Assembly: GCF_006345805.1 (NCBI RefSeq)
Contig: NC_043005.1
Span: 107,136,001 to 107,200,000 of the forward strand
Length of the DNA stretch: 64,000 nucleotides
DNA from: Octopus sinensis
Lineage: Eukaryota
Reading direction: 5' to 3'
Part shown: piece after piece, positions 13,688 through 25,990 of the stretch
Numbering within the stretch: position 1 is the first letter of the stretch
Layout: each line of letters starts with the position of its first letter
The notes under the pieces: model-generated
The model's input: only the letters and a program-made list of their open reading frames with translations
What the model was told of the DNA's origin: nothing
Databases searched by the model: none
Position numbers and translations under genes: made by a program

Positions 13688-14296
13688 GGCGGCGAGCTGG
13701 CAGAAACGTTAGCACACCGGGCGAAATGCGTAGCCGTATTTCGTCTGCCGCTACATTCTGAGTTCAAATTCTGCCGTGGTCGACTTTGCCTTTCATCCTT
13801 TCGAGGTCGATAAATTAAGTACCAGTTACGCACTGGGGTCGATATAATCGACTTAATCCGTTTGTCTGTCCTTGTTTGTCCATTCTGTGTTTAGCCCCTT
13901 GTGGGTAGTAAAGAAATAGAAATCGGTATTTCGTCTGCCGCTACATTCTAAGTTCAAATTCTACCGAGGTCGACATTGCCTTTCATCCTTTCGAGGTCGA
14001 TAAATTAAGTATCAGTTACGCACTGGGGTCGATATAATCGACTTAATCCGATTGGCTGTCCCTGTTTGTCCTCTCTGTGTTTAGTTCATTGTGGGTAGTA
14101 AAGAAATACTTAGCGGTATTTCGTCTGCCGCTACATTCTGAGTTCAAATTCTGCCGAGGTCGACGTTGCCTTTCATCCTTTCGAGGTCGATAAATTAAGT
14201 ATCAGTTACGCACTGGGGTCGATATAATCGACTTAATCCGATTGGCTGTCCCTGTTTGTCCTCTTTGTGTTTAGCTCATTGTGGGTAGTAAAGAAA
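13688..14296 (+). mobile_element. tandem trimer of family A SINE (one full unit, two 5'-truncated units of about 185 bp)
   Basis: Units 13688-13918, 13924-14108, 14109-14296. Head GGCGGCGAGCTGGCAGAAACGTTAG, B-box-like GAGTTCAAATTC, body GCCTTTCATCCTTTCGAGGTCGATAAATTAAGTACCAG, tail GTGGGTAGTAAAGAAATA. Confidence 0.93.
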
Positions 14297-14597
14297 AAAA
14301 GAGTACACCAATACACTCATACGCCACACGCACACACACATATGTGTAGGTATATGCATATGCATACGTATGCATAGAATAATTGTATATTTATATGTGT
14401 ATGCGCATATTTACTCTTTCTATTGATATCATCTTTTGCATTAGAAAATAGGTGCATAAACAGTGATCAAATCTGATGATGTGTGGTGGCGTTCATACAT
14501 ATTCGTACATCGTTGGTATATATTTAGAAGATGGAAAGAATATTTGTTTCGTATCATTCATGACGTAATTGACTGGTCATTCTTTTGTCTACCCTAA

Positions 14598-15026
14598 GGC
14601 GGCGAGCTGGCAGAAACGTTAGCGCGCGGGAGAAATGCTTACTGGTATTTCGCCTGCCGCTACGTTCTGAGATCAAGTTCCGCCGAGGTCGACTTTGCCT
14701 TTCATCCTTTCGGAGTCGATTAAATAAGTACCAGTTACGCATTGGGGTCGATACAATCAACTTAATCCGTTTGTCTGTCCTTCTACTCTGTGTGTGGCCC
14801 CTTGTGGGCAGTAAAGAAATAAGAAACGTTAGCACTTCGGGCGAAATGCTTAACGGTAATTTGTGTGCCGCTACGTTCTGAGTTCAAATTCCGTCGAGGT
14901 CGACTTTGCCTCTCATCCTTTCGGGGTCGATAAATTAAGAACCAGTCGCGTACTGTGGTCGATGTAAATGACTGGACTCCTTCCCAAACATTTCGGGCCT
15001 TGTGCCTAAAGAAAAAAAAGATTATT
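14598..15026 (+). mobile_element. tandem dimer of family A SINE; second unit has a different 3' tail
   Basis: Unit 1 is 14598-14822; unit 2 is 14823-15026 and ends GACTGGACTCCTTCCCAAACATTTCGGGCCTTGTGCCTAAAG instead of the usual tail. Confidence 0.9.
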
Positions 15027-16309
15027 TTGTCTGCCCAGGCAAAAGAAAATGCAAAGCTGATTCCATAAGATGTATTAATAGCGCCGGATAATCGAAGATT
15101 GTATACACGTTCTTTTGTATTGCAGATGTAAATATAAATATCATTATTCGAATTTTTGCACGCATATTATGGTAAAAATTATAGATTACTATGTATGTGT
15201 AACACATGCAGGGCTGCATGTATACATCTGTGTAGAAATTATGTCGAATATTTGTCCATATATGTATGTATGTATGTATTTTTGTTACCACTTCCCTCTT
15301 CATATATTTGTGTGTCTCTCTATACACCATCACCCACCCACGCAGAAATATATATACTCGCTATGTAATAGATAAATATATAAATATATATGTGCGTGTG
15401 TAGGTACATATACATGTTCGTATGTAGTTGAATGAGTGCTAAAATAGTTATACATGTACTTACATTTGTTAAATAAAATAGGAAAACGCTGCGGAAATTT
15501 CTGTAGAGTGATATTAATGTGCTTTGACAGATGTCCTTGTAAGATTTCAGAGCCAATTTATATATAGCGCATTATTGTGACAAGGAAAACATGTTTATTA
15601 CTGCAATATCGTGTACTTGAAAAGATATCGCAAATGGTAGCAACAACAGCAGCAGCACTTTTAAAAAGAATAAGAAGATTATTCATTACAAAAGTGCTGC
15701 TGACTCGCGAAATACGGTGGAGCTTCAGACGAAATGGCTTGCGGTAAGTAGTCGCGACACTTCACATAATGAGTTCATTTTCAGCGAGACTCGAACTTTA
15801 CTTACAGCGCGCCTAAGAGTTGATTCATTATAGAACATAGAAATATTGGCTTCGATATGCCCATCCCTTAGAATTCAAGAATTTTTCTTAATGTCAGAAA
15901 TATTTACGATGATGTAATTACAATAATATTCACAAAGATTTGTCCTACTGAATCGTTTTAGAGTGTGTTTATAACATGTATAGTTGACTGACATAATTTC
16001 AGTACGCGGCACTCTTCCATGCCGGTTGCTGAAGGAATGTAGACTAATCAAATAATAAGAGAATCTGACGACCCCATACTTAGAACACCAAAAGCTGCAC
16101 AGGGTTCAAATATTTTCAGGTTCTGTAGACGTTGAGCTTTATGTTGCACATTTGATAATGTGCAAAATATTATACCACCCCATTAAAGACTATTCAAAAT
16201 TGTGTGAATTTGATTGAGGCACTGCAGTTGAGTGTAGACCACATATAAAGATATAGGTTATCTTTGGTACATATAATGACTGACAAACATGTTCTGTTGA
16301 AAGAAAATA

Positions 16310-16741
16310 GGATCTTTTCGGTTCGAACGGCAGTTTTTAACATAATTTCTAGGTAACTAAAAAATGTTAAACTTCGTATACTGGTAGAATGTGTTTATGA
16401 AACATCTTTTTCTCTTGGCTTTATTGAGAAAATTCTATAGTTTGTAAGATATTTGTTGTTTTTTATTCTTCAATTTCTGCAATTTCAACCAGTCAATGAC
16501 ATCTATTGAAGTAAAAACATTCTGTGCCGTATGATTATGTCCCTCGTTTAAGAAACAGATTGGGTTTATTTACATTTGTGAAGAAAAAAAGATACCCTTC
16601 CCCCACCCCTAACCCTAACCCTAACTAACTCTAACCCTAAAACAGATTAAAATGCAATAGATCGATACTAGGTTCATAATTATGGGTGACAATTTCATAT
16701 GACACCGCTAGAAAAAACTGCCGTTCAAACCGAAAAGATCC
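16310..16741. mobile_element. MITE with 28-bp TIRs, 8-bp TSD and internal (CCCTAA)n; Merlin-like by terminal signature
   Basis: TIRs GGATCTTTTCGGTTCGAACGGCAGTTTT (16310-16337) and AAAACTGCCGTTCAAACCGAAAAGATCC (16714-16741), 27/28 matched. AGAAAATA duplicated at 16302-16309 and 16742-16749. CCCTAA repeats at about 16607-16641. Confidence 0.85.
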
Positions 16742-17154
16742 AGAAAATATATCATTAACTCACCCTTTGAAGATTTACAAATTTTCTGTTAAAAAACCTG
16801 CATACCTCTCATTGTGTTTATGTGCGCGTGTGTATCTAAGGACAGCTCCGATATGCTTGAGTTTAAGTAAAAGTTAAATAAGTAGCTTCAACCTGTGTAG
16901 AAGCGTTTGGACAAGAATTTGAAAATGCGAGAAAACATTTGAGACAAGATAAACAATGTGTAAACATAGAGTTTATGAATTCTGTGACTGAGACGTCTGA
17001 CAGGAAATTTTCGTCTGTAGACTTGGGAGATCGATGGAGAAAAAGAGTGTGAAACTGAAGTCGAACGTTCCCTTGCTAGACACTGTTGAAGGTTTAGCTG
17101 ATAGGAAGTGACGTACCATTGATTTTCTCGTACTTCTCAAGGGTGATAACTCAC

Positions 17155-17220
17155 CGGTCTGTAACGGCAATGTGTCAGTTACTGATACATTTCTGTCAAC
17201 AAAAACAATAATCTTGGTCA
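17155..17220 (-). CDS. candidate 66-nt internal coding exon (phase 1/1), product unknown
   Basis: Acceptor TTTTTGTTCTATTTTCAG and donor CCG|GTGAGT. Only one frame is open: xTKIIVFVDRNVSVTDTLPLQT. No family recognised. Confidence 0.35.
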
Positions 17221-18481
17221 CTGAAAATAGAACAAAAATGGGTTGAAGAAGGTGATTGATTCCTTACTATAGTTTATATTATATTGGACAAGCTGGATGA
17301 TAATATTTTTATCGGTTTGTAAGAAGGGATAGGCAGTGATCATGGCGTGTTATAGAGCGACCAAGATACGTACAAAGGAGGGATAAATGTATCCGTCAAC
17401 TGAAGACCTTGCTTAAATACTTGCATCAGGGAGAACTTCGCGAAAGGCGGGGGGTTTGTGTATACCATCCAAACGGTAATATATTTGCAACTGATGACCT
17501 ATAGAATAATTCCATTTGAAGTATGGGAGTAACCATCGTATATTTCCTCAGTTTTGCAAAAATAACTGAAAGTGAGGGAATAGTAGGTGGACTAAGAGAT
17601 AGAAATTAAATTCTGGTGAGAGATTGCCGTCTTGAGTGCTGTATAGATTAAGTACAATAGTATGTAAACCATCCAAATGTGCTGTCATTTTATTAGTTAA
17701 AATCCTCTGAGAAAACATTGAATTTTTGGCTTAACGTACATGGTTGAAAGGAGGAATAGGGCTTGGAAAATGCCTGATTTGCATGTGCGTGCGTGTGTTT
17801 TTTAGTTTATTTTATGTTCATGTGGATACGCATGCTTCAATATTCGTACATACACAGGTATTTCGATAAATTACTCCTATTTAGGCTTACGTTTTCAGGT
17901 GATATGAACAAACATCGAAACACCTCAAATCCAAACAGTGATCAGTGACTCTGAAAACATCCAACAAAAGGGGACATTATGATGTACAGAACATAATTTC
18001 ATTCATAACACTTACACTAGAAAACGTATCCTACCTCACATTCTTTAAACATAGGCTTCAAAATCAATTCAAACTCCGTGTTTTTAAAATTTTGATCAAT
18101 CTCTCTGTGTGAACTGATATAAGTAACATTACTGAACATGCAGCATAAAACCTAATCAACCTTATCGTGGCCAGATACATTAGTATTAAGCAGTTGCTGG
18201 CATCCGATTGTCTAATAAGAAAATGTCCTTCCATCAACCAGTATAGAGATGTATCATGTGGTATAATTAGGCCAAACAAATATACACCCTCCACTCATAA
18301 TATGCACAGATCCTAACTATATATTGTGCTGTACCGTTAAGACAAATCATTGCTAACGTTGTTGTACTTAAATCATTCTAATTATTTCTACTATTGACCA
18401 ATGGCCTGTAATTTATGGATGATAAGTACGTGGAAACCAATAAGAAACAATACAGAGATAGACAAACGAGGGAGAAAAAGA

Positions 18482-18489
18482 TAGCTAGC

Positions 18490-18585
<96 letters not shown>

Positions 18586-18586
18586 G

Positions 18587-18685
<99 letters not shown>

Positions 18686-18690
18686 CAGAC

Positions 18691-18756
<66 letters not shown>
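18482..18756. repeat. (TA)n followed by (GATA/GACA)n
   Basis: Direct inspection. Confidence 0.97.
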
Positions 18757-18757
<1 letters not shown>

Positions 18758-19161
18758 AGAAGGGGAATTTTCCTTGTATGTCTTGTACTCTGTTTTGTTC
18801 GTTGTTTAAAAAATGTCCGTTTCCATGTTTCTGTTTTTATGTTTTCGTTTCTCATTGTGTTCGACGTTTTTTTGTGTCCTGTACCTATATATGCATGTAT
18901 ATATACATATAGATGTAGGTACGTACATATATATGCATGTATATATACATATAGATGTAGGTACGTACATATATGTATATATGCATATGTTTTATTTATT
19001 ATTTTGTTATTAGATATATAGATATGTAGATATGTACGTAAACAGGCATATAAATAGATAGATTGCTAGAAGGATAGGCAGATGGCTAGATAGATAGATT
19101 AAATAGCTAGATAAATAGATAGATAGGCAGATTAGATAGATAGATAGATAGATAGACAGAT

Positions 19162-19259
<98 letters not shown>

Positions 19260-19889
19260 TGGATGGATAGATGGATAGATAAATATATCTATTAAAATGT
19301 TTGTAACGTCTTGAAAAAATATGATGCTATAAAAAACCAAACACTTTTTAAGCAATAACAATGTTTCAAAAGATTTCAGTTTTCCAAAAACCAAAATAAT
19401 AATTAATCATGGGTGTGCCTTATTTTCAATACAAAATATGGACATAAACTATCTCTATATATAATGCCACTCTTAAAACGTCTATAAAAAATGCCCACTA
19501 TTTTAAACGACCATTTTTGCTAGTGTAATTTCAAAGATGACGAAAAAATGGTGACGTTAATAGCGAATAACATTGTCAATGGTGGGTATGGGTATTTTCA
19601 TAGAGAAAAATGAATTCCAAACATTTATCCTGTAGTCAATGTTACTTAACGCCGAGTCGGCCTGGTTGAATACACTTATAAGTAATGGCATTCCAGTCTT
19701 GACCACCTCGTTGATTATCCAGACAGAGCATCAGAATATGCTTGTATTCTGTTTTGAAGTTGTTTGAGTCACGTTGCTGTCATTGCTTGTGAAACCTCAT
19801 CTGTAGACGTCCACCGAAGTCCACTCAGCTCTTCACCGTAAGCACCCTTACTGTTCTCATGTTCTTCTAACCACACTCTCTATATTTCG

Positions 19890-20213
19890 TATTTCTTTAC
19901 TGCCCACAAGCGGCTACAAACAGAAGGGACAAACAAGGACAGACACACGGATTAAGTCGATTATATCGACCCCAGTGCGTAACTGGTACTTGTTTAATCG
20001 ACCCCGAAAGTATAAAAGGCAAAGTCGATCTCGGCGGAATTTGAACTCAGAATGTAAAGACAGACGTAATACCTATTTCTTTACTACCCACAAGGGGTTA
20101 AACACAGAGAGGACAAACAAGGACAGACAAACGGATTAAGTCGATTATATTGACCCTAGTACGTAACATGTACTTATTTAATCGAGCCCGAAAGGATGAA
20201 AGGCAAAGTCGAC
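19890..20213 (-). mobile_element. tandem pair of family A SINE fragments
   Basis: Units 19890-20073 and 20074-20213, each starting TATTTCTTTACT.CCCACAAG on the plus strand. Confidence 0.9.
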
Positions 20214-20509
20214 ACACAGACTGATACTGGAGAATTTAAGATGAGAACGAAATTTACTATAACTAAAAACTAGAATCCCAAATCAGAGCTCATCCACTGT
20301 CATTCGGCTAAATACGAAAACAACCAAACAGATCCCAAATCTCAACTCAACGCAATCAACGACATATTGATAAAATAATCTGAAAATAAGATGAGCTTAT
20401 TATGGACGGACTAATCTGATTGAAATATTGTCCAGCCAAGGTTTCCTATGTTCTAAACAGCAACAACATGAACAACAACGAGTACAACAACAAATAAATA
20501 TCGGAAAAC

Positions 20510-20655
20510 ATGCTCTATAACTTACTCTTCTTTAAACCAACACCAAAGAGAGTTAAGTCGGGGATCCTGGCTGGTCACTCATGCGGACCATGACAACCCA
20601 TCCACCCCCCGGGGAAGTGGGCATTCATACATTCACGAAAAACAAGAGTGATACG
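20510..20655 (-). mobile_element. Tc1/mariner transposase remnant
   Basis: Minus frame ITLVFRECMNAHFPGGWMGCHGPHE*PARIPDLTL corresponds to the FP.RWIGR.GP..WP.RSPDL catalytic-domain motif; W codon mutated to stop. Confidence 0.75.
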
Positions 20656-21195
20656 ATTACAGATTAAATTCTCATGCTTCAAAAAGCAAACACAAAAACT
20701 GTGAAAAAAAAAATTACAATTAAGAAATAATTTATGAATATTTTAAAATCGGGAGTGACTTTTCAATCAACCCGTATGTTCCCTGAAAAGATAAAAATCA
20801 ACCACGGTGTAACTGATCTCAAAAGAGAAGATAAGACGAAATACAAAATGCTATTTTGTCAAATTTCACTGATCCTCGAAAAGCATGGTAAATTATTAAT
20901 CTATACAAACAAAACAAATATAAGAATTTTGGTGGAAGTCGATTATATTCACTATAAGACATGAATGTTATATATAATGAAAGAAAGAAATGCAAACACG
21001 TTATTGGAAGAATTTAAACTCAGAACATCAATTCTGCGTTGACTAAATACCGCAAGGAATTATCAGCCGCTCTGCCGATTTTGCTAATCCATTACTGAAT
21101 ATTGTTAACAGACTGAAAATTGTGGTAAATAGATCAATGTCTCACACAGTAAAATTTTTGAGCGTGCAATATGGTACTAAATATTAATATACTAA

Positions 21196-21226
<31 letters not shown>

Positions 21227-22064
21227 CGAGAGAGAGAGAGACACACACACACACACACACACGTACATAAACAAATACCAATATGTGTGAATAGTTATTA
21301 CTTTTATAAATGTGCTTGTATATAATAGTCTCGGCTGATATTTGTTTCACAATGAAAAATCAAATAGTCTAATACATGGTTCACTGCAGCTTAGATATCT
21401 TTGAAGATTTGTCAATTAAAAATGATGTATTTGTAAATATAAATATAGATGCATACCCACAAGGCCCCACACGAATGGTCAACGACACAAAATGACGCAG
21501 ATACACACTCCTACACGCACCTATATGTAAAGGTATTCCCTTCTGTATGCTTACATACTTACATACATAAATACATATATACATACATACATGTTTGTTC
21601 TATCAATATATATATATGTGTGTGCCAATATACATTTAAATATATATGTATGTATGTATGCGTGTATGTATATACATATATATATTTATATATATGTACA
21701 TACATACATATATATGTATATTTATATACACGTATATACATACATCCCTGCATACATAATAAACATACACACACACACACACGCACATATGTATGTATTT
21801 GTATATGCATACATTAGATTTGCCTAATTGTATGATGAAGCTATCTATAAGAGAGAACATAATGTATTTGGAATGTAAACGAAATATCTTTTATTAACAA
21901 CAAAGTTATAATACGTTTTACATCTCAACGTAGCCCGTAGCTATAGTTTGCATGGGTCTCTCTTGAATAGTTAAACACGTTATGACTCATAAACCTTTGT
22001 TCTTGAAAATAACAATAATAATTATAATTCTTTGCAATTTTAACAAGAGGCAAGAATTTTAATG

Positions 22065-22400
22065 AGATAGGATCAGTTGAATGCATTGACCCCAGTATTT
22101 GACTGGTACTTTATGCTGTCGACTGCGAAAGAATGAAAGGTAGAGTTGATCTCGTCGAGGTTTGGGCGCAGAATGTACCCAGCCGAAACAATTACCGTCG
22201 AGAATTCGTTTTTTTTTTCCGACTTTTTTTCCAATTTAGCCAGTTCGATGCTTTAACAACAACAATAGCAATAAAAATGGTTTTCCCTTACGGCGCGAGA
22301 CCATAAAATTCAGGTTGCGGTGGGTAGTCGATTACACTAATCCCAGTGTTCAACTAACATTTATCTTATCAAATAAGAAAAGATGAAAGGCAAAGGGACC
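22065..22400 (-). mobile_element. two decayed family A-related SINE fragments
   Basis: GACCCCAGTATTTGACTGGTACTT..GAATGAAAGGTAGAGTTGATCTCG and GTCGATTACACTAATCCCAGTG..GATGAAAGGCAAAG resemble the family A reverse complement. Confidence 0.6.
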
Positions 22401-23490
22401 GCATCTTCTTGATGAAGTGCCCTAAGTAACTATATACCTAGTGTCATCGATCCTTGTCCAGGCAGAAGAGAGAAATTCATGTAATACAATGATAATGCCA
22501 TCTGATCTTTTAACAAAAAACACGATAATTTTTATGTACGGGAATAACAATTTCTAAATATACATAGAACAAAATGTACACATACAGTAGTTTCAGGTTA
22601 AGTGCGTAAGGGAATCAATAAGAATATTAGTATCGGATTAAAGTACGTATTTATACTAAATATGTTGACTACAGCCCGATGATTGTTGATGGAATGAATA
22701 TTACTGGAGGATGAGAGACACAATCTCATATCTCACAGCCCACCCTCATCAATATTTACTACAGCGGTCGAAAATTTATCCAAAATTGTTTGATGTTTAT
22801 AGTGTATCATCTCTTTGTATAGGCTACTCTAGGAATTTTAAGCTACGTTCATGGTTAGAGCTCTTATCAAGAACACTTGTAAACCTTCTTCTATAAGTGC
22901 CAACACTTTAACACTATACTTTGCAGTCAACTTGCTAGAATTCTCGTGACCCCATCTGTATTCACAGTTTGCTTTGGTGGTAACGGCATTAGCTTGTTCT
23001 CTATTGAGCACTAGTAATTACCTACATCATTGTCTATGATTTCTTCAAGCTCTATATCATTTGCAAGATCCACAGTATCTTTTCGCATTTTATGTAGACT
23101 TATAAAGTCACGATACATGGTCATATCAAGACCCGCCCTATATTAAGCATCACATTGGATCTATGACAAAAGAATCCGAGTAATTGGCGGAATATCTTAG
23201 TAAGAACTTCTACAAATTCTGTCTCTAATTTTACAAGAGGATGCAAATTTTAATAACCAGCAATGTAGCTTATTTTTCTCACCTCACGTCAATTTTTTTT
23301 TCAAAGATCAACTTTGATATCTTGCATAATTCTTTTACGGTTCCTTTTAAAGCTACCTTCAGTTCCACTTGGTGGCCTCTTTCTAGATAATTTGAATTAT
23401 AGGCAAATTCAAGGGCACCTGCGATCAAATGTTATCCACAACAAATAAGTAGGGAAAATATAACATAAAACCAAAACTATTTTATGAGAG

Positions 23491-23875
23491 ACTAGCAGTA
23501 TCGCCCGGCGTTGCTCGAGTTTGTAAGGGAAATAACTATAAAGCATTTTTAGAGAGTTATAGCCAAAAGATAGCAAAAAATGGGAAAAAAATTATGGTTA
23601 TTTTTTTTTTTAGAGTTAAATAGGTCGAGTTGCGTCCCCTAGACAGTCTGTGGTTTGTGTTTCTGATTCTCGACCCCATGTCGAATTTATCGATTTTTTT
23701 CAGAACTGGGGGAACTTTTCAAAATTTTCGCTGCGTTAGTTTTGAATTATGACATTGGGCTATGTATGTGTCAAGTTTCATCAGAATCGGTTGAAAGCCG
23801 TGGTCAGGGTGAGGGTACAACCTGACAGACACACAAACACACAGACAGACAAACTGCCGTTTATATATAGAGAGA
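23491..23875 (+). mobile_element. Helentron/Helitron-associated non-autonomous element (HINE, DINE-1/Lep1-like)
   Basis: Starts ACTAGCAGTATCGCCCGGCGTTGCTCG (subterminal CGCC-C-GGCG hairpin), has AAGTTTCATCAGAATCGG near the 3' end, then (GACA)n and TTTATATATAGAGAG; this layout is typical of HINEs. Confidence 0.7.
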
Positions 23876-24589
23876 TATATCTTTCTTAATCCTATGGTTG
23901 TAGAATGGAAATAAGAAAACGAAAAGATGGAGTGAGCTGAGAGGAAGTTCTGTATGATTAAAACTAATTAAAACGTTACCACGTTTTGGGGCATTTCATC
24001 CCTTGAACCTCTACCTTGAGACATAAAAATCCATTCTGAAACTCACACATGAAGAGTTGACATAAAGCATATGTAGCTACAGACAGGTTGATATACTGAT
24101 ACTATTGTTGTTGTTATCAGTTGATTATTAACACTTTTCTGGCTTGGTAGTGGTGTTGATGTTGGTTGTACTGACTTTTGTGTTGGTGCTGTTCAAAGCA
24201 ATGGAAGTGAGATTGTTGATGATGGATGTGGTCGTAATGCTTTTTGTTGATTGTCTTGTGGATGTTTAGTTTCATGTCAATCTTTATGAACCTCAGGTGA
24301 AAACCATTTAAAATTCACTACAACGCCCATTATCTCATGATTTTATATTTTTTCGATGCACTTGCTTATCTTATTCATTTTATTGTTGGTGTCGTTGTCG
24401 GTCATTGAGGAGGGGCTGGATCAGTAAATGCAGCATATTCATTGGTTTTGGTGCTGATGTATGGTTGTGTTGGCGGTGAAGTTTGATAGATGTTTGTATA
24501 CACATGCATATACACACATATATATGCATGTACATACATATATATATACATATACACACACACACACACATATATATATAATATATATA

Positions 24590-24635
<46 letters not shown>

Positions 24636-24671
24636 TCATATATATATATGAATATATATGTACATGAATGT

Positions 24672-24704
<33 letters not shown>

Positions 24705-25633
24705 GTATATATTCATATATATATATGAATATATATGTACATGAATGTATATATATATATATATATGTGTGTGTGTAGGTATGTGTGTATGAGAGAGAGA
24801 GGGGGGGAGAGATAGCAAGGGAGATAGAGAGAAAGAGACAAAGAGAAAGGAAACTGTGAAAGATAAAACACAGATAAAGAGATATGTCGGCTGATAGATA
24901 GATACATATATAGAGTGGGAAGTAAGTAGGTAGGAAGGTAGGTAGGTAGGTAGGTAGGTATGTACGTAAGTAGGTAGGTAGTTCGATCTGTAGGTAAATA
25001 GGTACCTAGATACTCCGTGAGATCTAATAATATATACACAACCACATACACAAATATTCCCTGCGAAAACTTCCACCTGATATTTTGTCGGGGATTATAC
25101 TTATGTCTAAATACACCTGTACACCAACATACACACTCACTAATATAATTTTTGTGTGTGTATTTGTGTGTGTGTGTGTGTGATGGTATATACGTATCTT
25201 CATTATAGTTCTTGAAATTGCACTTTCGATCGTAAGTATATTGTAGAGAAGCGGCGTTTTGACTAAGAAGGAAGCTTAGTGGTTAAATTATCTAACTTTA
25301 TGCTAGATCCTTTAAGAGGGAACTTATAGACAGTATCAGGAATTTAGTGGTCTTACTTTAAAATTCCATTTTGCTGGAAATTGCGTAAGCTGAGATAACC
25401 GTAACGTTGTGCATGCTTGTACAGACTCTCAAATAGATCCATTCTCATACTTTTACAAATATTTGTCCAGATATGCTTAATTTGCCTACCTGTGTGTACC
25501 TGTGTATGTGTGCGCGCCTGTGGGAGTGTGTGTGCGTGCATGTGTGTTTGTGTGTGCGTGTGTGTGGAGTATATATATGTGTGTGTGTGTGGAGTATATA
25601 TATGTGTGTGTCTGTGCGTGTATGTGTGTGGAG

Positions 25634-25665
<32 letters not shown>

Positions 25666-25809
25666 CATGTGTGTGTAGAATGTATGTATGCGTGTGTGTC
25701 CATGTGTGTGTAAAGTATATATATGTGTGTATGTGCATGTGTGTGTGAGTGTGCGTGTGTCTGCATATGCGCAAGACAAGAAGATAATGTTGATAATGAC
25801 AACGACGAC

Positions 25810-25990
25810 GAAGAAGAAGAAGAAGAAGAAGAAGAAGAGAAGAAGAAGAAGAGAAGAAGAAGAAGAAGAAGAAGAAGAAGAAGAAGAAGAAGAAGAAGAA
25901 GAAGAAGAAGAAGAAGAAGAAGAAGAAGAAGAAGAAGAAGAAGAAGAAGAAGAAGAAGAAGAAGAAGAAGAAGAAGAAGAAGAAGAAGAA
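25810..25990. repeat. (GAA)n tract of about 60 units
   Basis: Direct inspection; two short interruptions near the 5' end. Confidence 0.98.

Noticed and set aside
13688-14296. CRISPR-like appearance of regularly spaced repeats
   Set aside because: Units are about 185-bp whole SINE copies without unique spacers, in eukaryotic DNA with no cas genes.
15625-15865. CpG-rich unique stretch with GTAAGT donors on both strands
   Set aside because: Acceptors are weak, several frames are equally open and no peptide was recognised; exon and regulatory readings cannot be told apart.
18886-18975. 42-bp direct repeat (and a 64-bp one at about 24625-24755)
   Set aside because: Local slippage duplications inside TA-rich microsatellite; no further significance is evident.
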